From Callorhinchus milii (Eukaryota), in NCBI RefSeq assembly GCF_018977255.1, contig NW_024704743.1:20772001-20836000 (forward strand): a stretch of DNA of 64,000 bases, read 5' to 3'. Position numbers and translations under genes: made by a program. The notes beneath the pieces were generated by a model that had not been told where the DNA came from, did no database searches, and was given only the letters and a program-made list of their open reading frames with translations. Positions 12,862 through 25,080 of the stretch are shown here, one piece after another; position 1 is the stretch's first letter; the number at the start of each line of letters is the position of its first letter.

Positions 12862-13110
12862 ATAATAATTCTTACATTTGATATAGCGCCTATTGTGGCT
12901 TCGAGACATCGCAAAGCACTTCACAGAACATACTGTAAAGTATGAATTGACTGTATATTTTGTGAGCAAAACGCAGCAGCCAATTGCACACAGCAGTGTC
13001 CCACAAATAGTCGTGGATCGAGTGACCAAATTATTATTTATTTTTTTTGAAGGGATTATTACTCCCAGAAAAGCGATTTACCCACAACTAGGTTCCTACT
13101 TACCGCTAGG
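12862..13110 (-). mobile_element. tRNA-derived SINE, long subfamily, 5'-truncated; head-to-tail with the previous copy
   Basis: Body and tail match the long subfamily; its tail abuts the head of the 12543-12861 copy. Confidence 0.8.
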
Positions 13111-13943
13111 GTAAATTTCAATAGCTTAGCCATACAACTTCCAAAAAAGATTTCTTCAACACATCTATCTTAATTAATAACGCTGTATCTTTTTAAGTAG
13201 AATAAATTTATATTTTGTAGGCAAACATGGCAGCCAATTTGCACACAGCAATCTCTCACAACAGCCTTGAAGTGAATGACCAAGATTGTCTTGGGGCTTT
13301 GACCAGGACACTGGGAGAAACTGGATTCTGTACTGTAAATATTATTGTAAATAAAACAAGTGCAAAACATCATTGTGTCACTTGGACATGTCATTACAGT
13401 ATTGTGACAAAAATGATAGACCGCTGTTCTGATTCTTCTGCCTTTGTAACCAAAAAACAAAACGATTTGCCTGATAGTTTTCACCCAAAAAGTTATCTTC
13501 TAACTGCTTACCTTGGTTTGGAAATGAATGTGCACATTTACTGAACTTTAAATACTAAAAATATTAAGTGGTCTTATGTTATGATTGGATCAAACATGGA
13601 TGAGATCAAATGGGCTGAATGACCTTCTTCATCTTGGATCTTGGGAAGAACCAAGTTTTTAATGGAATGCTTTATCTATTCCACCAGAGGTCGCCAGACA
13701 CCAGGAAGAGCGTTTCATGCAGAAATACAGCACACAGCATTACACAACTTATTCGTATATTTCGTGGGTTACAAACTACATTGCTGAAGGTACAAAATGC
13801 ATCAGCTAAAATGTTTTTGATACAACATTTGTTAAAAAAACTTCTCTCACGATTAACCCCGACTCTTCAAATTACGTAAAAAATAATAATCATCATAATA
13901 ATCCTTGCATTCGATACATAAAAATGATGTGAATGAGCTGCAC

Positions 13944-14265
13944 ATAATAATAATAATCCTTGCATTTGATATAGCGCTTTTCACGTCGGGAGGACGTCCC
14001 AAAGTGCTTCACAGAATATACTGTAAAGTGAATTGACTGTATATTTGTGGCGAACGCTGTAGCCCATTGCGCACAGCAATGTCCCACAAACAGTCGTAGA
14101 TTGAAAATGACCAATTTATTATTTTTTTTTGGTTTTGGAGGGATTATTATTAGCCATGTGGAGTAAGGAAACTTGCCCAAGGTTTCGCCCTGACCTGCCT
14201 GGAATTGAACTCAGGTCTCTCACTTGCAAAGCGAGTGCTCTAACCACTGAGCTACAGGACTCCAC
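13944..14265 (-). mobile_element. tRNA(Ala)-like SINE, short subfamily, full length
   Basis: Near-identical to 12543-12861 and 23392-23712. Confidence 0.9.
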
Positions 14266-15884
14266 ATACTTGTATTTTAAAGTTCTTTTATATTTTGAAT
14301 GCATTTATTTCTAAATTTCAATTGCATAATTGTTTAAAATATGTAATGTTTAATGGCAATAAGTCAATATGAGATTTTGATAACAATACATGACAATTTN
14401 AAAAAGGAAGAAAATCATGTGAACAGGTGGGTATTTGCTTCTTATTCAAGGAATCGCTTCTATTTAAATGACTACACCAAAAATATTCATTACTGTCTGG
14501 ATTATAGCTTGTCTCATTTCTACAGCCTTGAATGCACTTCTTAAATGGTCAAAATATTTGCACAGACTACAATGATGTGGGACCTTGGACGATTTATAAA
14601 TGGTCCAATGAGATGGATGGATGAGACAGTGGGAGAGGTTTGGTAATTCTGAAACCAGTTAAAGTTTGGCAGATCAGCACCAGAGCTGCTTGTGAACCAA
14701 ATCTTAAAACAAAACAAAACTTTCAGGTAATCAATTGCTTGTACATAACACATCGTTATGTTCATATCACTCCCCTTCTCCTGGCATTATTGATGTCAAA
14801 ATGAATGAGGGGATACATTTCGGACAACCCTGGTTCCAATATTGTAATAAAAACATCAGGATTTATGGGGTGAGAAATATTAACTCAACTGTTTAAAAAA
14901 AAGCACAGGAAAGTCAAGAATTTTATTGTGGATCTTCATTCAGTATGCTACGGAGAGGTAAAAGAGGCAGATGTAAAGGAAGCATCTTATAATCAGTGGG
15001 GGTTGGTGGGTGGGGGGTGCGGGGAGAAATTAATTTAAAGTTTCTCCTGGTGTCCTGGTGAAAAATCTCCCAGACAAAATTAATCACTCACATGTTGGAC
15101 GTTTGTGGGACATTGCAGTGCACAAATTGGCTACGAGTTTCACCTACAAAACACACAGTCACTGCACTCTACAATAAACCATGTTTGTTAAACGCTTTGA
15201 GACATGTTGATGGCATGACAAAATGTTTTATTAAATGGAAGGATTGTTATGACTCTAATCGGTCTTATAATTATATGGAAAGTGGAAAATGTGGTAGAAA
15301 TAAAGTGAACTTTGCACTGAATCTCGCCTTACAGTACCGGATCTCTCGGGAATATTTGAATTATACTAATATCCTTCATAAACACAAAATCCACAGTTTA
15401 AAAAAGAATGTCAGGATAATAGTAATCGTTATGTTTGAGACATCTCAAAGCACTTCACAAGATTTTACTGTGACGTGTAGTGACTGTGTAAAGACTGCTA
15501 TACAATACCACTCTCATACTATTGCTGTTTAACAGAAAATTATTTGAAACATGCAATTTAACAATGGCAAGTTGACAACAAATGGCAAAAGATTTAATAT
15601 TTGGTTCATTCAAACTCTCAGGGGGAAAAAACATTACGTTGTTCCAAAGAATATGTCTCATAGTCAGGAAGTGACAGTCACAAGTTCTCTGATAGGCATT
15701 TTGAGGAGAACATTATGCTTAGTCTAATAAAAACCTTCTCATCAAATTGTAGGGCAGAATTGGCACATTTTGGGACTGTGAAATACACACTGCAGCTTTC
15801 TATTAATAAAAATAACCTTACATTTGATATAATACAGCTTGGAGGCTATCTCAAAGCTCTTCACATATTTATCATCCTTCAAAA

Positions 15885-16084
15885 AAATAATAAATTGGTC
15901 ACTCAGTCCACGACTGTTTGTGGGACACTGCTGTGCGCAATTGGCTGCTACGTTTCACCCACAAAATATACAGTCAATTCACTTTACAGTATATGTAAAT
16001 ATACTGTACAGTATATCAAGCGCTTTGAGACGTCTCGAAGACGTGGTAAGGCTCCATATCAAATACAAAGATTATTGTTATTAT
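15885..16084 (+). mobile_element. SINE 3' half
   Basis: aaattggtcactcagtccacgactgtttgtgggacactgctgtgcgcaattggctg...caaagattattgttattat. Confidence 0.75.
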
Positions 16085-17059
16085 AGTGACTATATTGGTA
16101 GGTGAACACAGTAACCAATTTGCATACAACAAACTGCCATGAAATGAATGATCAGTTCTATCAGGGATGATTGTTGCCCAGGACACAAGGAGAAACTCTC
16201 TTCTCTTTCGGAATAGTGCTCTACGATCTTTAAATTCATCTGAACAGGCAAGTGGAACTTTGGATTAATGTCTCATCCAAAGGATGCGGTTAATAAAGGA
16301 AATTAAAAGTTCAGCAAATTATTAGATCCATTTAATATTTATTTATATACTCACCAGCCTTTGTTCAATTATTGGCTTCCTGGGAAGTTTATTTCGCCCT
16401 ATGTGCTGTACAAATTCTCCCAAACAGTTGTCTTCTGGGCAGCGATTGATTTATCCTTTAGCTGACTTGGATCTGTAACTGAAATCACTATTGCAAAAGT
16501 GCAAGAGATATGAAAATGAGATACAAGTAATACATTGCTTTTGAATTAATCTAGCATCGAGATACATTACCTTAATATCACAATGCACTACAGGCAATCG
16601 TTTCTAATGATAACAACAACAATGATTTCAAACTAAGTCGGAGAGAAAACATATTGTGATTTAATTGGATTTACAAGAATAAATACACCGTGATCTAAAA
16701 ACCCTGATGTGAGGTTCGCTCGATTCCAAATCAAAATCGTTCCCCAGTGAAGCCTCGAAAAAATATTTTCTATTTTTTTACAAGTTAAAAAAAACGTCTG
16801 ATGCACGTTTTCAGATGGTTATTTGAAACACTGTCACGGGTGGGGCGGGGCGGGGGGTTGTTTTCTTGGCACAAATAATATCTCTCGCTGGCAAATCAAA
16901 TCCTCTAAGGCAGCGCGTATTAAACGTCAACTCGGGTAAACAACAACAACAACAAGATTCCATTTATAGAGCGCCTTTCACGTCGGGAGGACGTCCCAAG
17001 GCGCTGTAAAGCGGGCAAACCAAAAGAAATCAAGTACACAAGCAAATGAACGAATCGAT

Positions 17060-17700
17060 CGATGAATCAATCGAAGCGAAAATCGCGGAGAGTTCGCGAC
17101 GCGTTACCTTTTCTCTCCCCCTCCCTCCCTCCCTCCCGCTCCCTCTCCCCGCGGGTTTGCGCGGCGCAGGAAACCGTGGCGCGGTCCTCGCCTTGAACCT
17201 CATTGAATATGAATGTCATTGAATTGAACTGAATGGAATTGAATGTAATTGAATGGAATTGAATTGAATGGCAGTGCCGAACGCCGATACGAAACGGCTG
17301 CATTATTCATAACGTTGGGGAACAGCGAAGGCGGAGATGGTTTTGCTGCGGGTGAATGGCCAGAAACCCCCCCCACACCCTCCGGGGACCCCTCACTGGT
17401 TTGAAAGAGTGCATGTGTTGGGGTTCCCATCGCCTTCTCCCCCCACCCTCTCCCCCCACTCTCCCGCCCCCTCTCTGCGGGCGTTATCTACCGGGCGGGG
17501 GCTGAAGGCTTTCTCTCGAGCCTTTAACGCTGCGACCCGGGACTGGCCCCCCATTTGGTGATCAGAACCGGTTTCAGCGCAGCCCCGAAGGTACCGCACA
17601 GCCGACTCCGGGCCACACCCGCGCCGTCTCACTCACTGTCCGGCTGTCCGGCAGGTGGCGCCCACGGGAGAGGGACCGCGCCACCCGCACACAACGCCAA
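17060..17700. promoter_or_regulatory. GC/CpG-rich island; candidate promoter/enhancer with a PTF1-type composite site
   Basis: Visibly high CpG density against an AT-rich background; GC boxes; CATGTG-N6-TTCCCA at 17412-17429. Confidence 0.55.
17202..17270 (+). repeat. Degenerate (GAATT/GAATG)n pentamer repeat
   Basis: ttgaattgaactgaatggaattgaatgtaattgaatggaattgaattgaatgg read directly. Confidence 0.8.
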
Positions 17701-17702
17701 CC

Positions 17703-20700
17703 GCACTCACTCACTCACTCAACCACTCACTCACTCAACAACTCAACCACTCACTCACTCACTCACTCAACAACTCAACCACTCACTCACTCAACCACCC
17801 ACTCACTCACTCACTCAACTACCCACTCACCCACTCACCCACTCAACAACTCAACCACTCACTCACTCAACCACCCACTCACTCACTCACTCACTCACCC
17901 TCTCACTCACTCAACCACTCACTCACTCAACAGCGAAGCCACTCAATCAATTACTCACTCACTCACACACTCACTCACTCAGTTAGTCAGTCAGTCAGTC
18001 ACTCACTCATTCACTCAAACAACTACCCACCCACTCACACACCCATTCACCCACCCACTCACTCAGTCAGTCACTCACTCACTCTCTCACTCAACCACTC
18101 ATTCAACCATTCACTCACACACCCACTCACTCATTCATTCATTCATTCATTCGCTCTCTCACTCACTCACCCACTCACTCACCCAAACACCCACCCACTC
18201 AATCACTCACTCAACCACTCATTCACTCACTCAACCATTCATTCATTCATTCATTCACTCACTCACCCACCCACCCACTCACTCTCTCGACCACTCAATC
18301 AACCACCAACTCACTCACTCACCCACCCACTCGCTTACACACTGACTAACACACTCACTGAATCACCCACTCACTCACTCACTCACAACCACTGAATCAC
18401 CCACTCACTCACTCTCTCAACCATTCAATCAACCACTCACTCACTCACACCCTCATTCACTCACTCATTCACTCAAACAACTACCCACCCACTCACTCAC
18501 TCACCCACCCAACCTCTCACTCACTCACCCACTCACTCACTCACTCACACACTCAGTCAGTCAGTCACACCCTCACTCACTCATTCACTCAAACAACTAC
18601 TCACTCACTCACCCAACCACCCATCCACTCAATCACTGACCCACCCATTCACTCACTCACGCACTGACTCACTCACCCACTTACTCACTCAACCACTCAC
18701 TCACTCAAGCACTCATTCACTCACTCACCCACCCACTCACTCACTCAGTCAGTCACACCCTCACTCACTCACCCAACCACCCACCCACTCAATCACTGAC
18801 CCACCCACCCACCCATTCACTCACTCACTCACTCACTCGCTCGCTCGCTCACTCACTCACTAAACCACTCATTCACTCACTCAACCATTCATTCACTCAC
18901 TCACTCTCTCAACCACTCAATCAACCACTCACTCACTGAATCACCCACTCACTCACACTCACAGCCACTCAATCAACTACTCACTCATTTACACACTCAC
19001 TCACTCAAACAATTATCCACCCACTCACTCACTCACACACTCACTCACCCATTCATTCACCCACTCACTAAACCACTCATTCATTCACTCACTCAACCAT
19101 TCATTCACTCACTCACTCAATCAACCACTCACCCACTCACTCACTCACTGACTCACTCATTCACCAACCACTGAATCACCCACTCACTCACTCTCACAAC
19201 CACTCAATCAACTACTCACACACTCACTCAGTCAGTCACACCCTCACTCACTCACTCACTCACTCACTCACTCAAACAACTACCCACCCACTCACTCACC
19301 CACCCATTCACCCAACCACCCGCCCACTCAATCACCAACCCACCCACCCATCCACCCACTCATTCACTCACTCAACCATTCATTCACTCATTCACTCACT
19401 CACTCACCCACTCACTCTCTCAACCACTCAATCACCCACTCACTCACTCTCACAACTACTCAATCAACTACTCACTCACTCATTCATTCACACACACACA
19501 CACTTACTCAGGCAGTCACTCACTCACTCAAACACCTACCCACCCACTCACTCTCACAACCACTCAATCAACTACTCACTCACCCACGCACTCACCCACT
19601 CACTCACTCACTCACTGAATCACCCACTCACTCACTGACCCACTCACTCACTCACTCACTGAATCACCCACTCACTCACTCTCACAACCACTCAATCAAC
19701 TACTCATTCACTCAAACAACTACCCACACACTCACTCACCCACCCATTCACCCAACCACCCACCCACTCAATCACCGACCCACCCACCCACTCACTCAGT
19801 CACTCACTCACTAAACCACTCATTCACTCACCCACTCACTCTCTCGACCACTCAATCAACCACTAACTCACTCACTCACCCACCCACTCGCTCACACACT
19901 GACTCACACACTCACTGAATCACCCACTCACTCACTCTCACAACCACTCAATCAACTACTCACTCACTCAACCACAAAGCCACCCACCCACTACACACCC
20001 ACTCGCTCACTCACACACTCACTCACGCACTGACTCACTCATTCACCCACTCACTGAATCACCCACTCACTCACTCTCTCAACCACTCAATCAACTACTC
20101 ACTCACTCAGTCACTCACTCACTCAACCACTCAATCAACTACTCACTCCACCCACTCAATCACCGACCCACCCACTCACTCACTCATTCACTCATTCATT
20201 CACTCAACCTTCCACCCACTCACTCACTCACCCACCAACTCACTCAGTCACTCACTCAACCACTCGCTCAACCTCTCACTCTCGCACTCACTCATTCACT
20301 CACTCACACACTCACTCACTCACGCACTCACTCACTCAACCAGTCACTCAATCACCCACCCACTCACTCACTCATTCATTCAAACAACTACCCACTCACT
20401 CACTCACCCATTCACCCAACCACCCACCCATTCAATCACTGACCCACCCACACACTCACTTAACCACTCACTCCATTTACTCAACCATCCACTCACTCAT
20501 TCACCCACCCAGCTGCCGACTCACTCAACGACAAAGCCACCCATCCACCCACCCACTCACTCACTCAACGACTCACTCAACCACTCTCTCAACCTCTCAC
20601 TCACTCATGCACTCACTCATGCACCCACTCACTTACTTACTCACTCAACCACTCAATCAATCACCCACTCACTCACTCACTCACTCACTCAACGACTCAC

Positions 20701-22140
20701 TCAACCACTCTCTCATCCTCTCACTCACCTATTTGCTTACTCACTCAACCACCCACCCAACCACCCACTCAATCACCCACCCAGCCAACAATTCACTCAA
20801 CCATCCACCCACCCACTCACTCACTCACCCACCCACTCGCCGACTCACTCACTCACTCATCGATGAAGCCACCCACTCACTCACTCAACCATTCAATCAA
20901 TCACCCACCCACTCACCCATCCACCCACTCACTCACTCACCCACTCACTCAACGACTCACTCAACCACTCTCTCAACCTCTCACTCACTCACTCATGCAC
21001 TCACTCATGCACCCACTCACTCACTCACTCATTCACTCACTCACTCAATCATTCAATCACCCACCCACTCACTCAACGACTCACTCAACCACTCTCTCAT
21101 CCTCTCACTCACTCACTCACCTATTTACTTACTCACTCAACCACTCACTCAATCACCCACCCACCCACTCACTCACTCACCCACCCACTCACCCACCCAC
21201 CCAACCACCCACTCAATCACCCACCCAGCCAACAATTCACTCAACCACCCAGGCATCCACCCACTCAATCACTCACTCATTGACTCACTCAACCACTCAC
21301 CGAACCATTCACTCACCGCTCTCTCACTCACTCACTCACTCATGCACTCACTCCCTCACTCACTCATTCACTCACTCACTCACTTACTCAACCACTCACT
21401 CAATCACCCACCCACCAACTCACTCACCCACCCAACCACCCACTCAATCAACCACCCAGCCACCAACTCACTCAACCACCCAGGCATCCACCCACTCAAT
21501 CACTCACTCACTGACTCACTCAACCACTCACTGAACCATTCACTCAACCACTCACGCACTCATTTATTCATTCTTTCAAACATCTATCCACTCACTCACT
21601 CACTCACCCATTCACCCAACCACCCACTCAACCACTCGCTCNNNNNNNNNNNNNNNNNNNNNNNNNCACTCACGCACTGACTCACTCAACCATTCACTCA
21701 CTCACTTACCCACCCATTCACTCAATCACTCACCCACTCACTGAATCACCCACTCACTCTCTCAACCACTCAATCACCGACCTACCCACCCAACCACTCA
21801 CTCACTCATTCAATCAAACAACTACCCACGCACTCACTCACTCACCCACCCACTCAGTCACTCGCTCACTCACTCAACCACTCGCTCACTCACTCACTCA
21901 CACAATCAATCACCCACCCACCCTCTCACTCACCCACCCTCTTGCTCACCCACCCTCTTGCTCACCCACCCACTCACTCACCCACCCACCGACTCACTCA
22001 CTCACTCAGTCCCTGAACCACTCACTCAGCCACTCAACCACTCACTCACTCACTGATTCACTCAACCACCCACCCACCCATTCACCCACCCACTCACTCA
22101 CTCACCCACCCTCCCACTCACTCACTCACTCACTCACTCT
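17703..22140 (+). repeat. ~4.4-kb degenerate (CACT/CACC/CAAC/CATT)n tetranucleotide array; contains a 25-N assembly gap at 21642-21666
   Basis: Read directly; internal higher-order duplications are visible. Confidence 0.97.
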
Positions 22141-23391
22141 CTCTTTTCTCCTCTCTCGTTGCAACCGACAAAAGAAGACGAGACAGAATATTTAGCGTTT
22201 TGAATGGATTGCATCCAAGCAGCCTGAGCTGTTCTACAGTGTGGGATCTGTGACTCCCACTCAGATTTTTCTTGTTTTTAGAATGACATCAATTGCTTGA
22301 AGGACGTTAAGGCGAAGCAATTATAAAACTTCTTGAAGTGATTATCCGGTCTCAGTCTGTTGTCTATTTACTGTTGTAGTTACTATGTAGGAAGACGCTA
22401 TAATACTCAAAAAAAAGGTATGATTTGAAAGTACATAGTTTCCATTTTCAGGCATGATGTATTCATTTCGTGTTATATGTGTGATCTGATGATTTTGGAA
22501 AGATTATTAATCACATTGTGATGAGATAAGAGCAGTGAGTGACACATTTGGTCTGTCGTCCAACGCCTGTTGTATGCTTATTGTCTGAATTTCAGGAAGG
22601 GCTGGCTACACAGGGTCTCTGCTTATTTGCCATCTCTCAAACATTTGCGGGTTGGCGAATGGTGTTCGCAACCATTCACTGGGAATTATGTGGAAACTGG
22701 GTGTTAAATCACTGACTAAAAAGAACAAATGTAGAAAACAATTATAGATAAGCTGTGTTTACCGACCCCACCAGTTCAATCTCAAATACATGAATCGCAC
22801 CTTGAATCTGGGTTTAAAAAGCCGCCAATCCACAAAGTACCAGTTCAAAATAGTGCCAGAGTGAGGAGGCCTGGTCGAGAGATGCTTCACTGTAGTTTTG
22901 TTCCCACTCAGTATTGTGCATTCGCTGACCCAGTTCAGCAGCAAGGCTGGATCGGGCTGTGTGGAAAAGGGTTTGACAGGCATTAAACAATGAGCTTCAA
23001 GGGTGGATGCCCTCTATACACTCTGCTCATCACCCATTCAGCAAAGTCAACAGTGAACAATCCTCTAAATGAGTCATGTTTTATGGAAATCCTTCAATCT
23101 ATTTGCCTTCATGTCACAGATCAAACTGGCGCGTTTGCTTTGTTTATGTTTGTGTTAAGCAACTTTTGTTCAGACGCTTTTTCTTCTTATTACGAGACCA
23201 CAATTTAATAATACCTCCTGTCGGTTCAGTACATACGAAACCCACTTTACAGCTGTATGTTGGCCACTACTTTCTGTGATTTTCAAATAGGACAAGAGAC
23301 CGTTAGAGTGTTTCAAATATCTATATACGTTAATTCACTGTATAACCACATATAGTCCTGAATTTATACTATCCAGTCAATCTGAGTTTGT

Positions 23392-23712
23392 AATAATAAT
23401 AATCCTTGCATTTGATATAGCGCTTTTCACATCAGGAGGACGTCCCAAAGCGCTTCACAGAACACACTGTAAAGTGAATTGACTGTATATTTGTGGGCGA
23501 ACGCGGCAGCCAATTGCGCACAGCAATGTCCCACAAACAGTCGTAGGTTGAAAATGACCAATTTATTATTGTTTTTGGTTTTGGAGGGATTATTATTAGG
23601 CTCTGTGTGGAGTAAGGAAACTTGCCCAAGGTTTCGCCCTCTGCCTGGAATTGAACTCAGGTCTCTCGCTTGCAAAGCGAGTGCTCTAACCACTGAGCTA
23701 CAGGACTCCATG
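23392..23712 (-). mobile_element. tRNA(Ala)-like SINE, short subfamily, full length
   Basis: A box TAGCTCAGTGG, B box GAGTTCAATTCC, conserved body, L2-like tail and (TTA)n. Confidence 0.92.
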
Positions 23713-24529
23713 TGGCAGAGAGAAAAAGAGATGGAGCAGAGAGAGGAAGAGATGGAGCAGAGAGAGGGAGACATGGGACAGAGAAAGAGAATGTGAAAGA
23801 GAGGTAGAGGTGGAGCAGAGTGGGAGAGATGGAGCACAGAGAGAGAGAGAAAGATTGAGAAGAGTGAATTGCACAAACTCAGATTGACTGGATAGTATAA
23901 ATGCTATATTTTGCTCATTTTTAGGGAATCACTAGAATTCTTATTGGAAACAAAAGAAGCAAAACAACACATTGGTGTGAGATTTGACAATTTTTCTCAA
24001 CCAATTTCTGAAAATTTGGTGAAAACCCAATGTGGTTACTAAGAGAGTAGAGACATCATGAAGTGCAAGTTATATTCATTTACATGAGAGGTCCTATACA
24101 AATGTAATTTTATATTGTATTTAAATAAATGGAATATAATTTGTGGGAATTGTGTATTCAATGTACAAATCTATGTCATTATATTGTCATTCAAAAAACT
24201 TGTATCAATTGAGTATACTCGTTTTGTTCGATTATTCAGATTATTATTTTAGATGACTAGTTTAACAGAATATTCAGAAAGCCTAGCTGGAGAATTTTTT
24301 TTATCGCATACACATAATGCATTTAAATAATCATGCACTTGTCTCTGTGAGCAAAAAGTTAGTGGCGATTATCAGAGACACATGAGCCACACCTAGACCC
24401 TTCAAGAGCCACATGTGGCTCATCATGGCTCCAAAGTTAGACAACACCGCTCTTAAACATGGTGATGGGTTTCTACAAGTGTCAGACACCCAGCTAACTA
24501 AAAATATGTAGAGTAACATCTCGGATTGC

Positions 24530-25080
24530 TTTACAATGGTGGACCGGATGCTGAGTTTGGGGAGGGGAGAAGGGAGGAGAAGGAGGTGACCGTAGGAATG
24601 GTCAAAGAGGTAGGTTTTAACGGGGAGCTTGAAGATAGATAAAGAAGGGGTGAGAAAGAGGAGTTGGGGGAATTAGTTGCAGTGTAGAATTTGGAACCTT
24701 TGGCCACTGATGGTGATGTGGTTAGGGTGGGGAAGAACAGCAAGCCCCAGTTAGCCACATGGAGGAAGTGAGCCAAATAGTGGGATTGGAGGAAATCAGA
24801 GATAACAACAACAACTTGTACTTATATAGTGCCCTTCACGGGGGCAAGATCTTGGAGCTCTTAACAGTGGCGGGACCTGATGCTGAGCTGGGGGCAAGTG
24901 TAGAGGTGACCATAAGCATGGTTGAAGAGGAAGGTCTTCACTCATGATCTAAAAGAGGGGATGGTGGAGGGATTTGGGGAGAGAGTTCCAAAGCTTTGGT
25001 GCTGAAAGCGCAGCCACCAGTGGTGGAGCAGAGGGGCAAGGGACAAGCAGGAGGCCAGAGCCAGATAGGGAGGTTCTAAG
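24530..25080 (-). mobile_element. Two degraded L2 3' fragments
   Basis: Purine-rich L2 3' sequence on +; reverse tail aacaacaacaacttgtacttatatagtgcc at ~24803. Confidence 0.65.

Noticed and set aside
17555..21680. His/Ser/Leu/Thr-rich ORFs (143-357 aa)
   Set aside because: Translations of the (CACT)n array.
23643..23711. tRNA-Ala-like sequence (also near 12800, 14200, 32000, 48650, 60850)
   Set aside because: These are SINE heads continuous with SINE bodies and lacking a proper acceptor stem, not tRNA genes.
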